Shown here: one piece after another, positions 38,635-46,922 of the stretch
Layout of the letters: the number at the start of each line of letters is the position of its first letter
How positions within the stretch are numbered: the stretch's first letter is position 1
Origin: Bacillota bacterium
Lineage (GTDB): Bacteria > Bacillota > Sulfobacillia > Fermentithermobacillales > Fermentithermobacillaceae
Length of the DNA: 64,000 nt
Reading direction: 5' to 3'
Assembly: GCA_040771825.1 (NCBI GenBank)
Contig: JAXGZG010000005.1
Coordinates: 99,640-163,639 of the forward strand
Program-made: the position numbers and the translations under genes
Notes under the pieces: generated by a model
Told to the model about the DNA's origin: nothing
The model's database searches: none
The model's input: the letters and a program-made list of their open reading frames with translations, nothing else

Positions 38635-41361
38635 TTAGTCACGAGTGAGGAAACTGTCAATCAGCGACCGCTTGAGCGTGTGCAAAACATCCCCTGAACG
38701 CACGCATGCGCCAAGGGTCGCATCAAAGGCATCGAGCGATTGAGTCACTTGATACTGTTCCGCGCGAGTCATGACTGGCAATGGGAAATCAGCAAAGTGT
38801 CTGAAGTACAGGTGGCGAACCTTACTTCCTTCGCATCGGTTCTCCACGAGCCTTCGGAATCTAGTAGTCTGCAGACAGCGGAATAGAAACTTCGGATCCA
38901 TGTCAGTCTCAATGATGAACCTGCCAATCCGCTGGTTAAGCATGCCCTCGTCGGAGTCACGCGTGAAGCAGACTCGACCCATAAAGCCATCTTCCAAAGA
39001 TTGCGCCGTCAGGTTGATCAATACCTGGTCTTGTTCAATGTACCAGTTCAGATTCTCAGTCCGCCACCAATCGGGCAATGTCACGGTCGCTGATGGCGAC
39101 CAATCTAGGGTTCCATCCGGAGCGAGATTACCCGGGCGTATTAGGCGGACACCGAGTTCGTCGTGCTTTTGGTATACCGCACTCGGAAAAGGGCGCCCAT
39201 TCTGCATCGTCGCCACTGCGTCGAGTCGCACAAAGTTCTCGTCGAAACACGCACGTTCGGGGGAAGGGATTATCCCATCAATCGCAGCAAGCCTGGCCGT
39301 CGATACACTCCTACTGAGAGAGGAATATCTCTGTTCTACCTCATCTAGGGCCCATAGAACCCCCGCGATCCGCCTCTGCTGGTCCAATGGGGGAAGGTCG
39401 AACTCGAATCTGGCAAGGCTACTCCAATTGGTACGAGGCGAAAGCGAGCCTGCAGAAGTCTCTACCGCATGCTGATAGAACCTCTCTGTGAGGCACAGGA
39501 AGGGTAGCAGCTCTGGCAAGAGCCGATGGTCTTTCGGCGCTAGAACGTAAATGTCTCCAGAAACCACCGCATCGAATTCCGCAACTGCCACTTTGCGTTG
39601 GTATGCCCGGCGCTTACCAAAAAGCACCTGCCCAGGACGACACCGGCGCCTGAAGGTGGTGCCATCGGCTATATTGCCCCACTTTCCGATATGAAGAGAG
39701 CCGGGCTCGATATGCTCCAGCCCGACGAACCGCTCCAACCCAGCCTCAATGGGACTGGATACCGTATCATTAAGGTTTTCGACAACATCCCCGAATCGAA
39801 CCAGCGGCCACGCGGCCTTGCCCTTCAGCAGTTCATGAGTATCCGCCGAGATAGAACTGTACTCCAAACCTGGTAACTCGAAGCCCTCAAGTATGCTTCC
39901 CAGAGCTTCTTCAAGACTGCTTCGTGAGCACAACCAAGCGTCTATGGATTCAGCCAGGGCAGAGATCCCGACTCCATTGGGCCTACCATTGGCAGGCGGA
40001 GGTTCTACGTACAGGGGAATACTGAGGTTGCTATCGTGTCTGAGGATTTCGGTAAGCTTGGCTACGTGGGCGAGGCCTTCAACCTCTCCGAATCCGCCAT
40101 AGGCTTGAGCAATACGCTCAATGTGGTCCGCAGTAAGGAAACTCTGGGCACGCTCACGCGTAACCTCGCCAACCGCATTGATAAAAAGGACTTTGCCTCT
40201 GCGCTCAGGAGGCTTCGATGTCTTGCAGATGATAACGCAAGCTTCCATCGGAGAGTTGTAGAAAAGGTTCGGCCCAAGCCCTATTACACATTCGATCAGG
40301 TCCGCCTCGATCAACTTCTGCCGCATCTCCGCTTCTTCCTGACGGAATAGAACTCCATGCGGGAAGAGGATGGCACACCGACCCGTGTCAGGCTTGAGAC
40401 TGGCCAGAATGTGCTGCCAGAATGCGTAGTCAGCTCTCCCCTGTGGCGGGGTACCGTAAAGATTGCGTCCCCATGGGTCTGAGGAAAAGGCATCACGGTC
40501 CCACTGCTTGATGGAATAAGGTGGGTTCGCCAGGATGACGTCGAATTGCATCAGGCGGTCTCCCTGAACGAACTTGGGTTCAGATAGGGTGTCGCCACGG
40601 ACGATCTGGAAGTCCTCGATGCCGTGAAGAAAGCAGTTCATCCGTGCGATTGAGGAGGTCATCAGGTTCTTCTCTTGGCCATAGAGCCTGACATTTCGCC
40701 ACTCCTGACCGTTACGACGCAAGTGAGCAATGCAGGACAACAGCATGCCTCCGGATCCGCAAGTGGGATCGTAAATGGACTCTCCCGGTTGGGGCTGGAG
40801 GAGCTCAGTCATGAGGTGGACTACCGTCCGGTTTGTATAGAACTCAGCGGCAGTATGACCTGAATCATCGGCAAATTTCTTTATCAAGTATTCGTAGCCC
40901 TGACCCAACTCGTCCTCGGGAAGATTGGCCAAGCTCAGTTCCAGGGCACTAAAATGCTCGACTAGATCCCTCAACATGGCATCATTGAGTCGATCCTTGT
41001 TCGTCCACTGGGCATCGCCGAAGATGCCGTACAGTTTTTCGGGATTCGCAGTCTCAATCGCCCGCATCGCGTTCTGGAGGGCCTGCCCGACATTGTTCGA
41101 CACCTGGCGAACCCGGCTCCAATGAGCGTCAAGAGGGATCTGAAAACGGTGGTTCTCCGGGTAAGCAGCAAACAGAGCGTCGCCGCCAGACTCTGCAAGG
41201 GCGGCCTCCGTCTCCTCATCAAAGACATCACAGAGTCGCTTGTAGAACAAAAGCGGGAATATGAACTGCTTGTAATCGCCGGCGTCTATAGTGCCGCGCA
41301 GCAAGACGGCGGCTCCCCAAAGGTATGATTCGAGTTGCTGTTGGGAGATTGGTCCGCTCAC
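38635..41361 (-). CDS. type I R-M methyltransferase subunit fused to a complete specificity subunit (HsdM-HsdS fusion)
   Basis: 908 aa with a GTG start in a GTGA overlap with upstream hsdM. HsdM_N-like QLESYLWGAAVLLRGTIDAGDYKQFIFPLLFYKR. SAM motif DPTCGSGGML and catalytic ILANPPYSIKQW. These are followed by two target-recognition domains with the conserved spacer LPPLDQQRRIAGVLWALDEV. Confidence 0.85.
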   Translation of the reverse strand: MSGPISQQQLESYLWGAAVLLRGTIDAGDYKQFIFPLLFYKRLCDVFDEETEAALAESGGDALFAAYPENHRFQIPLDAHWSRVRQVSNNVGQALQNAMRAIETANPEKLYGIFGDAQWTNKDRLNDAMLRDLVEHFSALELSLANLPEDELGQGYEYLIKKFADDSGHTAAEFYTNRTVVHLMTELLQPQPGESIYDPTCGSGGMLLSCIAHLRRNGQEWRNVRLYGQEKNLMTSSIARMNCFLHGIEDFQIVRGDTLSEPKFVQGDRLMQFDVILANPPYSIKQWDRDAFSSDPWGRNLYGTPPQGRADYAFWQHILASLKPDTGRCAILFPHGVLFRQEEAEMRQKLIEADLIECVIGLGPNLFYNSPMEACVIICKTSKPPERRGKVLFINAVGEVTRERAQSFLTADHIERIAQAYGGFGEVEGLAHVAKLTEILRHDSNLSIPLYVEPPPANGRPNGVGISALAESIDAWLCSRSSLEEALGSILEGFELPGLEYSSISADTHELLKGKAAWPLVRFGDVVENLNDTVSSPIEAGLERFVGLEHIEPGSLHIGKWGNIADGTTFRRRCRPGQVLFGKRRAYQRKVAVAEFDAVVSGDIYVLAPKDHRLLPELLPFLCLTERFYQHAVETSAGSLSPRTNWSSLARFEFDLPPLDQQRRIAGVLWALDEVEQRYSSLSRSVSTARLAAIDGIIPSPERACFDENFVRLDAVATMQNGRPFPSAVYQKHDELGVRLIRPGNLAPDGTLDWSPSATVTLPDWWRTENLNWYIEQDQVLINLTAQSLEDGFMGRVCFTRDSDEGMLNQRIGRFIIETDMDPKFLFRCLQTTRFRRLVENRCEGSKVRHLYFRHFADFPLPVMTRAEQYQVTQSLDAFDATLGACVRSGDVLHTLKRSLIDSFLTRD

Positions 41362-42857
41362 CTGAGTATCCCCTCCCGCTTGAGAATGGCTATAAGCTTC
41401 TCTTCTGCGGCAAAGGCCCTCTGAGCGCTCTCTTTCAGTCGGCGCATCGCTTCCTCCACAGTGAGCACTTCCGACTCGACTTGCGGTGTGATATAGCGTG
41501 GGATATTGAGGTTATGGTCGTTGGCAGCGATCTCGTCGAGCGTCACCACACGGGCGACACCCTCGACATCCTCATACCGCTGATACCAGCAATGGATACG
41601 ATCAACATGCTCGGGAAGGAGCTCGTTTTGTGCGCGACCGGTTTTGAACTCGCGGGAAGCGTCCACAAAGAGAATCCTGTTCCTTCGATCGTTCTTCTTT
41701 CGCTGGCGAAAGATGCAGATACATGCTGCAAGGCCCGTACCATAGAAAAGATTAGGTCCTAGCCCAATGACTGCTTCAAGAACGTCCATCTGTAGGATCT
41801 TCTTGCGGATGTCACCTTCCTTACCCATTCGGAAGAGCGCTCCGTGAGGCAGCACCACAGCCATACGTCCGGTGACTGCGGCCATGGACTTGATCATATG
41901 CTGAACCCAAGCGTAGTCACCGCTCTTGGAAGGTGGCATCCCGGCAAAGCTGCGACCGTAAGGGTCACCGGCCCAGACCTCCTCCCCCCATTTCTGGAGC
42001 GAGAACGGTGGATTAGCGATGACGCAGTCAAACGTGGCGAGATTGTCGCCAGAGAAAAACGCAGGCTGACGCAATGTATCTCCACGCACGATTTCGAAAT
42101 CCGAGGCCCCGTGCAGAAAGAGGTTCATCCGCGCAATGGCAGAGGTAGTGAGGTTCTTCTCCTGACCAAAAAGCTTGCCCCAGAGAGTACGGTCGTCCCC
42201 TTCATTGTCACAGACGTGGCGAACAGCTTCTAGAAGCATACCACCCGTTCCACAAGCGGGATCATAGATGGTCTCACCTTCCTTGGGGTCTAGGATCTTA
42301 ACCATAAGACGTACCACAGAGCGCGGGGTGTAAAACTCCCCCGCCTTTTTGTTTGCAAGATCTGCAAACTTCTTGATCAGGTACTCGTATGCCTGGCCCA
42401 TAATGTCGTCCTGGGCAGCTTGATTGCCAAGCCAGACTCGGGAGAAGTGCTCCATCAGGTCGCGGAGCAGCGAATCAGGCAAGCGCTCTTTATTGGTCCA
42501 CGGCGCATCACCAAAAATGCCGTAGAGCGTGTCTTGGTTGGCTCGTTCGATGTCATGCATGGCCCTTTGTAAGGCTTGACCAACATTGGCGGTGACAATA
42601 CGGACATCGTTCCAGTGGGCGCCCTCGGCGACCTGGAACCGATAGTTTTGGGGAAACCGGGCATACTCCTGGTCGCCGCCTGATTCGGCTAGCGCCGCAT
42701 CATATTCCTCGTCATAGACGTCCGATATGCGCTTGAAAAAAAGGAGCGGAAAGATATAGGTCTTGAAGTCAGCAGCATCAACTGTTCCGCGCAGGATGTT
42801 TGCCGCTTCCCAGAGGTGGGATTCGAGTTGGCTTTGCGTTGTGGAGCTAATAGTCAT
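41358..42857 (-). CDS. hsdM: type I restriction-modification system methyltransferase subunit
   Basis: Preferred ATG at 42857, 7 nt after GAGGTGA. QLESHLWEAANILRGTVDAADFKTYIFPLLFFKR, DPACGTGGML, VIANPPFSLQKW. Confidence 0.9.
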   Translation of the reverse strand: MTISSTTQSQLESHLWEAANILRGTVDAADFKTYIFPLLFFKRISDVYDEEYDAALAESGGDQEYARFPQNYRFQVAEGAHWNDVRIVTANVGQALQRAMHDIERANQDTLYGIFGDAPWTNKERLPDSLLRDLMEHFSRVWLGNQAAQDDIMGQAYEYLIKKFADLANKKAGEFYTPRSVVRLMVKILDPKEGETIYDPACGTGGMLLEAVRHVCDNEGDDRTLWGKLFGQEKNLTTSAIARMNLFLHGASDFEIVRGDTLRQPAFFSGDNLATFDCVIANPPFSLQKWGEEVWAGDPYGRSFAGMPPSKSGDYAWVQHMIKSMAAVTGRMAVVLPHGALFRMGKEGDIRKKILQMDVLEAVIGLGPNLFYGTGLAACICIFRQRKKNDRRNRILFVDASREFKTGRAQNELLPEHVDRIHCWYQRYEDVEGVARVVTLDEIAANDHNLNIPRYITPQVESEVLTVEEAMRRLKESAQRAFAAEEKLIAILKREGILR

Positions 42858-43056
42858 GGGATGATCACCTCTGATACGCATAACGGCGTCTCTTACGGAC
42901 ACCGCATCCCAAGGACGAAAAGTCGTCCAGCGATAGGGAGGGTCTGGTAACCTACATCACTTCTTCCCTACCATCACTCAGATTTCCTGTCGATTCAGAG
43001 GAGGTGGGGTGGACAAGATGGGGTGGACAGAATTGGTTGGCCATCTGACTAGAGAG

Positions 43057-43245
43057 TCAATGGTTGCGCATTGGCCCCTGAATGCACGCCTCGGCAGCAC
43101 GCACTACAGTCTCGGCGTCCCTCATCGCTCTTTTGGCATCTTCGGAAGTGTATTCGAGCGTGGGTATCATATCAACCTCACCGTAGAACGAAAACTCACG
43201 CTCCTTGCGAAGCCACCGAGTAACTCTGAGCCAGGCTAATGTTAT
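43057..43245 (-). pseudogene. HEPN-like C-terminal remnant, in frame directly behind the stop of the upstream nucleotidyltransferase gene
   Basis: Continuing the NTase frame past its TGA gives ITLAWLRVTRWLRKEREFSFYGEVDMIPTLEYTSEDAKRAMRDAETVVRAAEACIQ. This resembles the C-terminal helices of HEPN-type partners. There is no own start codon, and no N-terminal half in any frame. Confidence 0.35.
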
Positions 43246-43788
43246 TCATAACTCAAACACCTCCCCCGGCTTAAGGTCAGGCTTAATCACCCAATGCCAG
43301 CTGTTTCCCCGCCATACTCTCACGGCGTTCATGGCCAAGAGTCTGGCTGAAAACCCATCTATGAACTTGCGGAAAAAGTCTTCCTTATCTAGCAGGATCA
43401 GCGAGTCTTCGGTCATGTCGAGGAAGATGGGACCGCCCAGGCCCATCTCGCACTCTGTCCTGAAAAGAGGTGACAACCTCGTGCAAACGCCTACTTCCTG
43501 CGCTCTTTCCAGATCGATCACCATACGGTCCTCGATCTCATCAAACTGGCGCACGCGCGGCATTCGACCCGAGGGAAGGCTCTTGGCGATGAGTAGGATA
43601 TCGATGTCCGAGTTATGGTTAGGCGTTCCTCGCCCGACAGAACCGAAAATGATCAGACTAGTGAGGTTGTCGCCATACACATGGACACACTCCTCGCGAA
43701 GACGCAAGAGGAGCCGGTCAAACACTGCTGCGAGAACACTATTCTCACGTTCGCCCCGACCCATTAGTCGCCCCCCTTTCCCCTGCAT
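43246..43788 (-). CDS. nucleotidyltransferase domain protein
   Basis: 180-aa ORF with LIIFGSVGRGTPNHNSDIDILLI (GS...DxD). Confidence 0.75.
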   Translation of the reverse strand: MQGKGGRLMGRGERENSVLAAVFDRLLLRLREECVHVYGDNLTSLIIFGSVGRGTPNHNSDIDILLIAKSLPSGRMPRVRQFDEIEDRMVIDLERAQEVGVCTRLSPLFRTECEMGLGGPIFLDMTEDSLILLDKEDFFRKFIDGFSARLLAMNAVRVWRGNSWHWVIKPDLKPGEVFEL

Positions 43789-43818
43789 GACCCTTAAAGC
43801 ACGGCCATTTGGAAAATC

Positions 43819-43836
43819 CTACTATTGCAATAGTAG
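43819..43836. promoter_or_regulatory. perfect 18-bp palindrome upstream of the nucleotidyltransferase gene
   Basis: CTACTATTGCAATAGTAG lies 31 nt upstream of the 43788 start. Candidate operator. Confidence 0.35.
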
Positions 43837-44436
43837 CACAGACGAACATCCCAGGCAAAAGCGACAGACTGCCTTGACAAGCCGCCCGGTTGATTGACAT
43901 CTGACATCTGGTCGGGAACTCGCCGTTAGCGATGATACGGTTCTCCGTATCACACTATCTGCGAGAAGCCGCACCAAACGAAGCAGGTGACCGTCTTTCG
44001 TGGGTCGCCCTCTTGTCAGGATCATCTCCGGAGCTGAACGAGAATCTCACTAGCCTTGTTCTTCTCCGCCAGTCGGCAGCAGAAATCAAGATCATCGACC
44101 TCTCGCAGCATTTCTACGGTTTCAATGGCGTAGTTCACTGTCGATTCCTCGTGTCCACTAAAATTTCCCTGTTGTGGCACCCCGGCTCGGTGGCCATGAG
44201 ATCCTGAAAGCTACCCGTCCAAGAGTCCTCAAGGCGTCAGCTGATGCTATCATGTCTTGCGTGGTCTTTCTGGAAAGCAGACGCGACCTCAAGCCGCCTC
44301 CCCTGGCAGACTGGATTCCCCAAGCGAGCAGTGTCGCTGAGGATTACATAAGAATCTGGGATGCTGTTGAGGAAGCAATTGAAGACCTGCCAGATTCCCC
44401 AGAGCTGAGGGAATTCAGGCGACATTTGAACCGGCG

Positions 44437-44763
44437 TTACAACCGAAGAGTCAAGGGTCTTTCTGATCCTGATAGAAGACAGAAAAGCAAAGGCGAGGGT
44501 AAGTATGTACCCTGATGTGCAGGCGAATTTGGGAGAACAACGTAGACAACGCACTCACGGTCCATAAGTCTGTAGATTACTCGGTGTTCCCCAGTAGTCG
44601 TTGTCACGGGCAAGCTTCGGAGCCCCTCGTGCCCGCGCAACGATTTCCCCAGATTAGGAGTCTCGGATAGGCGTTTGAAGGCACGCGAGTATGCTTTGCG
44701 GACTTCGCGGTCGAATCCGGCAATTAGCTTGGCCACTCTCTGGCTACCCCGAACCTCCCACAT
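44437..44763 (-). CDS. RelE/ParE-family type II toxin
   Basis: ATG at 44763, 5 nt after the antitoxin stop. MWEVRGSQRVAKLIAGFDREVRKAYSRAFKRLSETPNLGKSLRGHEGLRSLPVTTTTGEHRVIYRLMDRECVVYVV fits the RelE/ParE pattern. The last ~30 residues look atypical. Confidence 0.6.
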   Translation of the reverse strand: MWEVRGSQRVAKLIAGFDREVRKAYSRAFKRLSETPNLGKSLRGHEGLRSLPVTTTTGEHRVIYRLMDRECVVYVVLPNSPAHQGTYLPSPLLFCLLSGSERPLTLRL

Positions 44764-44767
44764 CAGG

Positions 44768-45118
44768 CTACTTCCCCTTTCGTGGCCAGAGAGGAACAGT
44801 TCTTCCCTCATCCCAATCTCGATCAGCGTCGGCAATGCTATCGCGTAGTTCCTCTTCAAGAGCCTTTAGTAAAGCTCTCTTCCTCTCCCGAACCTTCTCC
44901 GCAGCTTCGCCTCCTGTGTAGCCTTCTTTGGCCACATCCCGTGCAATGAGATCGCCAAACTCCTCTGTAAAGGTCACTGGCTCTAGGACTGCCCGGCCGT
45001 TCTTGAGGCTTAGGTAAACATAGTCCCCGGAAAAGAGACTCTCGCGGAGCCTCCGCGGAATTGTTATTTGCCCTTTGGGGCTGATCTTCAAGCGCAAGCG
45101 CTCTGACAATACGATCAC
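44768..45118 (-). CDS. AbrB/MazE/SpoVT-family antitoxin
   Basis: N-terminal swapped-hairpin motif ISPKGQITIPRRLRESL, followed by an acidic helical tail. Confidence 0.7.
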   Translation of the reverse strand: MIVLSERLRLKISPKGQITIPRRLRESLFSGDYVYLSLKNGRAVLEPVTFTEEFGDLIARDVAKEGYTGGEAAEKVRERKRALLKALEEELRDSIADADRDWDEGRTVPLWPRKGK

Positions 45119-45130
45119 CTCTCAGTGATC

Positions 45131-45158
45131 GTATTACATTTGAAGTAAAATGTAATAC
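45131..45158. promoter_or_regulatory. 11-bp perfect inverted repeat upstream of the antitoxin gene
   Basis: GTATTACATTT-6 nt-AAATGTAATAC starts 13 nt upstream of the 45118 start codon. Candidate TA operator. Confidence 0.4.
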
Positions 45159-45537
45159 CGATTTTGCTCGCAATCCACGTGCGGGGGCATTTCTACTGCC
45201 TGCGTCATATCGGTCGTGTGACTGGGCAGCCGCCACGTAAGAAAGTCCTGGTTGATAAGGTTCAGGTTGCGGAAGCCTGCCATTGGCCCCATACTATGGT
45301 GGTCGATCACATTGCGTCGTATGCTATGCTCCATCCGACTCGCCAATCCAGTAACGGTCCATGGAAATGACCCGCATGCCTGTCGCGGTACCGTACTAAT
45401 GCATAGCCATCCGCTCTGGTGTCGCCATGCTGCCCGACGGCGACTTGGTCTGCCACGGGGACCTCAACGTATCCGTGCATAGCTGTGGAGTCCCTGTCTC
45501 GACTTCTCACGCCGGAGATCTCGGACACATACTCGCT

Positions 45538-46020
45538 TCAACGATGATACGGTTCCCCCTCCCCTATCTTCACCGCCCTGTACAACTGCTCTAGCAGGAG
45601 AAGGGGCATGAACTGATGGGGAAAGGTCATCGGACCCATCGAGAGTCTGAACCGGGCCCTGGTAAGCACAGCGTCAGACAGCCCGGTCGTCCCTCCTATC
45701 ACAAACGCCAAGCTGGATTCGCCTGCTAAACTGCGCTCCTGCAGCCACCTACTTAGGTCCTCTGACGATATCTGCTTCCCGCGGATGTCCATGGCTACAA
45801 GGTAGTCACCGTCGCGCACTGCTCGTAGGATGCGCTCGGCTTCGACATCCCTAGCACTGGCCAAGTCCTTCTCTGAGGCGCGCTCCGGCACAGGCTCATC
45901 CTGAACCTCCACCAACTCAATCTTGGCGTAAGGACCCAGCCGCTTTAGATACTCGGAAGCCCCTTCCCGCAAGTACCTCTCGCGCACCTTGCCAGCTATG
46001 ACAACTTTGATGTGTAGTAT
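45538..46020 (-). CDS. rlmH: 23S rRNA (pseudouridine1915-N3)-methyltransferase
   Basis: SPOUT-type RlmH sequence (…HIKVVIAGKVRERYLREGASEYLKRL…GGTTGLSD…TFPHQFMPLLLLEQLYRA). The conserved N-terminal strand lies upstream of the track's GTG start. The only start-like codon is ATA at 46020, 6 nt after AAGGGAGGG and just after an in-frame TAG. Confidence 0.8.
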   Translation of the reverse strand: MLHIKVVIAGKVRERYLREGASEYLKRLGPYAKIELVEVQDEPVPERASEKDLASARDVEAERILRAVRDGDYLVAMDIRGKQISSEDLSRWLQERSLAGESSLAFVIGGTTGLSDAVLTRARFRLSMGPMTFPHQFMPLLLLEQLYRAVKIGEGEPYHR

Positions 46021-46206
46021 AAGGCACCCTCCCTTGCGCTATCGGCCCAGTCTCGACTAACCGTCCAACGGCCCCCTAGCGCCGTAGAGCAGGACGTAGA
46101 CCGCGCCTACCATCCCGCATCCCACTCTGCCTCCCGCCTATTCTACCACCCCAAGCCCCTCAGACATCTCCCATACGACCTCCTGCGTCACGCCCTTGGC
46201 GCTAAG

Positions 46207-46254
46207 TCGAATGGCGAGGGTTGCTGTCGGTCGAATGGCGAGGGTTGCTGTCGC
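46207..46254 (+). repeat. 24-bp tandem duplication
   Basis: TCGAATGGCGAGGGTTGCTGTCG(G/C) occurs twice in a row, just downstream of the VOC gene. Confidence 0.85.
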
Positions 46255-46268
46255 TGGATGGCCTTGAG

Positions 46269-46787
46269 CTAGACCTTCCCTAGCGGGCCTCCTAGATCGT
46301 GTGCCAGACCAAGGCTTTCCCACCATCCCAAAGAAGGGTCGCAGACAATCTCGAGGATGCAGCCTACGGTCGCCCGAGTGTCCATGTACGCCCACCCGTA
46401 CCGCGTATCGTCGCGGTAGTTGACCTGGAGAGAAGATATGCCTTGCTTGCGCCACCTTTCCAGTTCCCTGTCCAGCGGCGGCGGCGCCTTGAAGCCGATG
46501 TGGTGGATACCCTCCCCGTGAGCATCCAAAAACTCCTTGTAGGCGGTGCGCCCTTCGGCGGTTTCGGCCAGCTCAATGACGATGGTAGCTGTCTTTGCGT
46601 AAGCAAACTTCACGACGTACCTTTCGTGTTGGCCCTGTACTAGTGCCCGCTCGCTGGGTGTCTCAATCACTCTCACCTGAAACGGCCCGATGCCGAACAA
46701 GTCAGCATACGCGTTCGCCGTCTTCTCGACGTCCCGCACAACCACGCACACATGGGTGGGGTCCCCCAACAGGATGCGACTACCCAT
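46269..46787 (-). CDS. VOC family (glyoxalase/dioxygenase-fold) protein
   Basis: ATG at 46787 is preferred; the 46835 start has no SD. Motifs THVCVVVRDVEKT and GEGIHHIGFK. Confidence 0.7.
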   Translation of the reverse strand: MGSRILLGDPTHVCVVVRDVEKTANAYADLFGIGPFQVRVIETPSERALVQGQHERYVVKFAYAKTATIVIELAETAEGRTAYKEFLDAHGEGIHHIGFKAPPPLDRELERWRKQGISSLQVNYRDDTRYGWAYMDTRATVGCILEIVCDPSLGWWESLGLAHDLGGPLGKV

Positions 46788-46922
46788 GATGATCTCGGTC
46801 CCTTCGATTCTCACGGATTTCACCTCCAGCCGCATTCATGTAAAGCCTGGAGCACTTCCTCGCAGTCTCGCAACACAGGACCCATCCCCCTTTGCGGTTA
46901 GCCTCATCCGCCGAGACCCGGT

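Noticed and set aside
44174-44554. Overlapping ORFs 44174-44515 (+) and 44237-44554 (-), convergent with and overlapping the tail of the RelE/ParE-like gene. There is also a ~38-codon GTG ORF on the minus strand at ~44030-44146.
   Set aside because: None has an SD or a recognisable motif. The plus-strand ORF may explain why the toxin's last 30 residues look odd (or the reverse), but I cannot decide which is real from sequence alone.
45250-45500. Plus-strand fragment reading ...MLPDGDLVCHGDLNVSVHS, reminiscent of the HxDxxxxN catalytic loop of aminoglycoside/choline-kinase-type phosphotransferases.
   Set aside because: There is a single short motif-like match in a frame broken by stops on both sides. 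It could be another gene relic, but I cannot support it without a database alignment.
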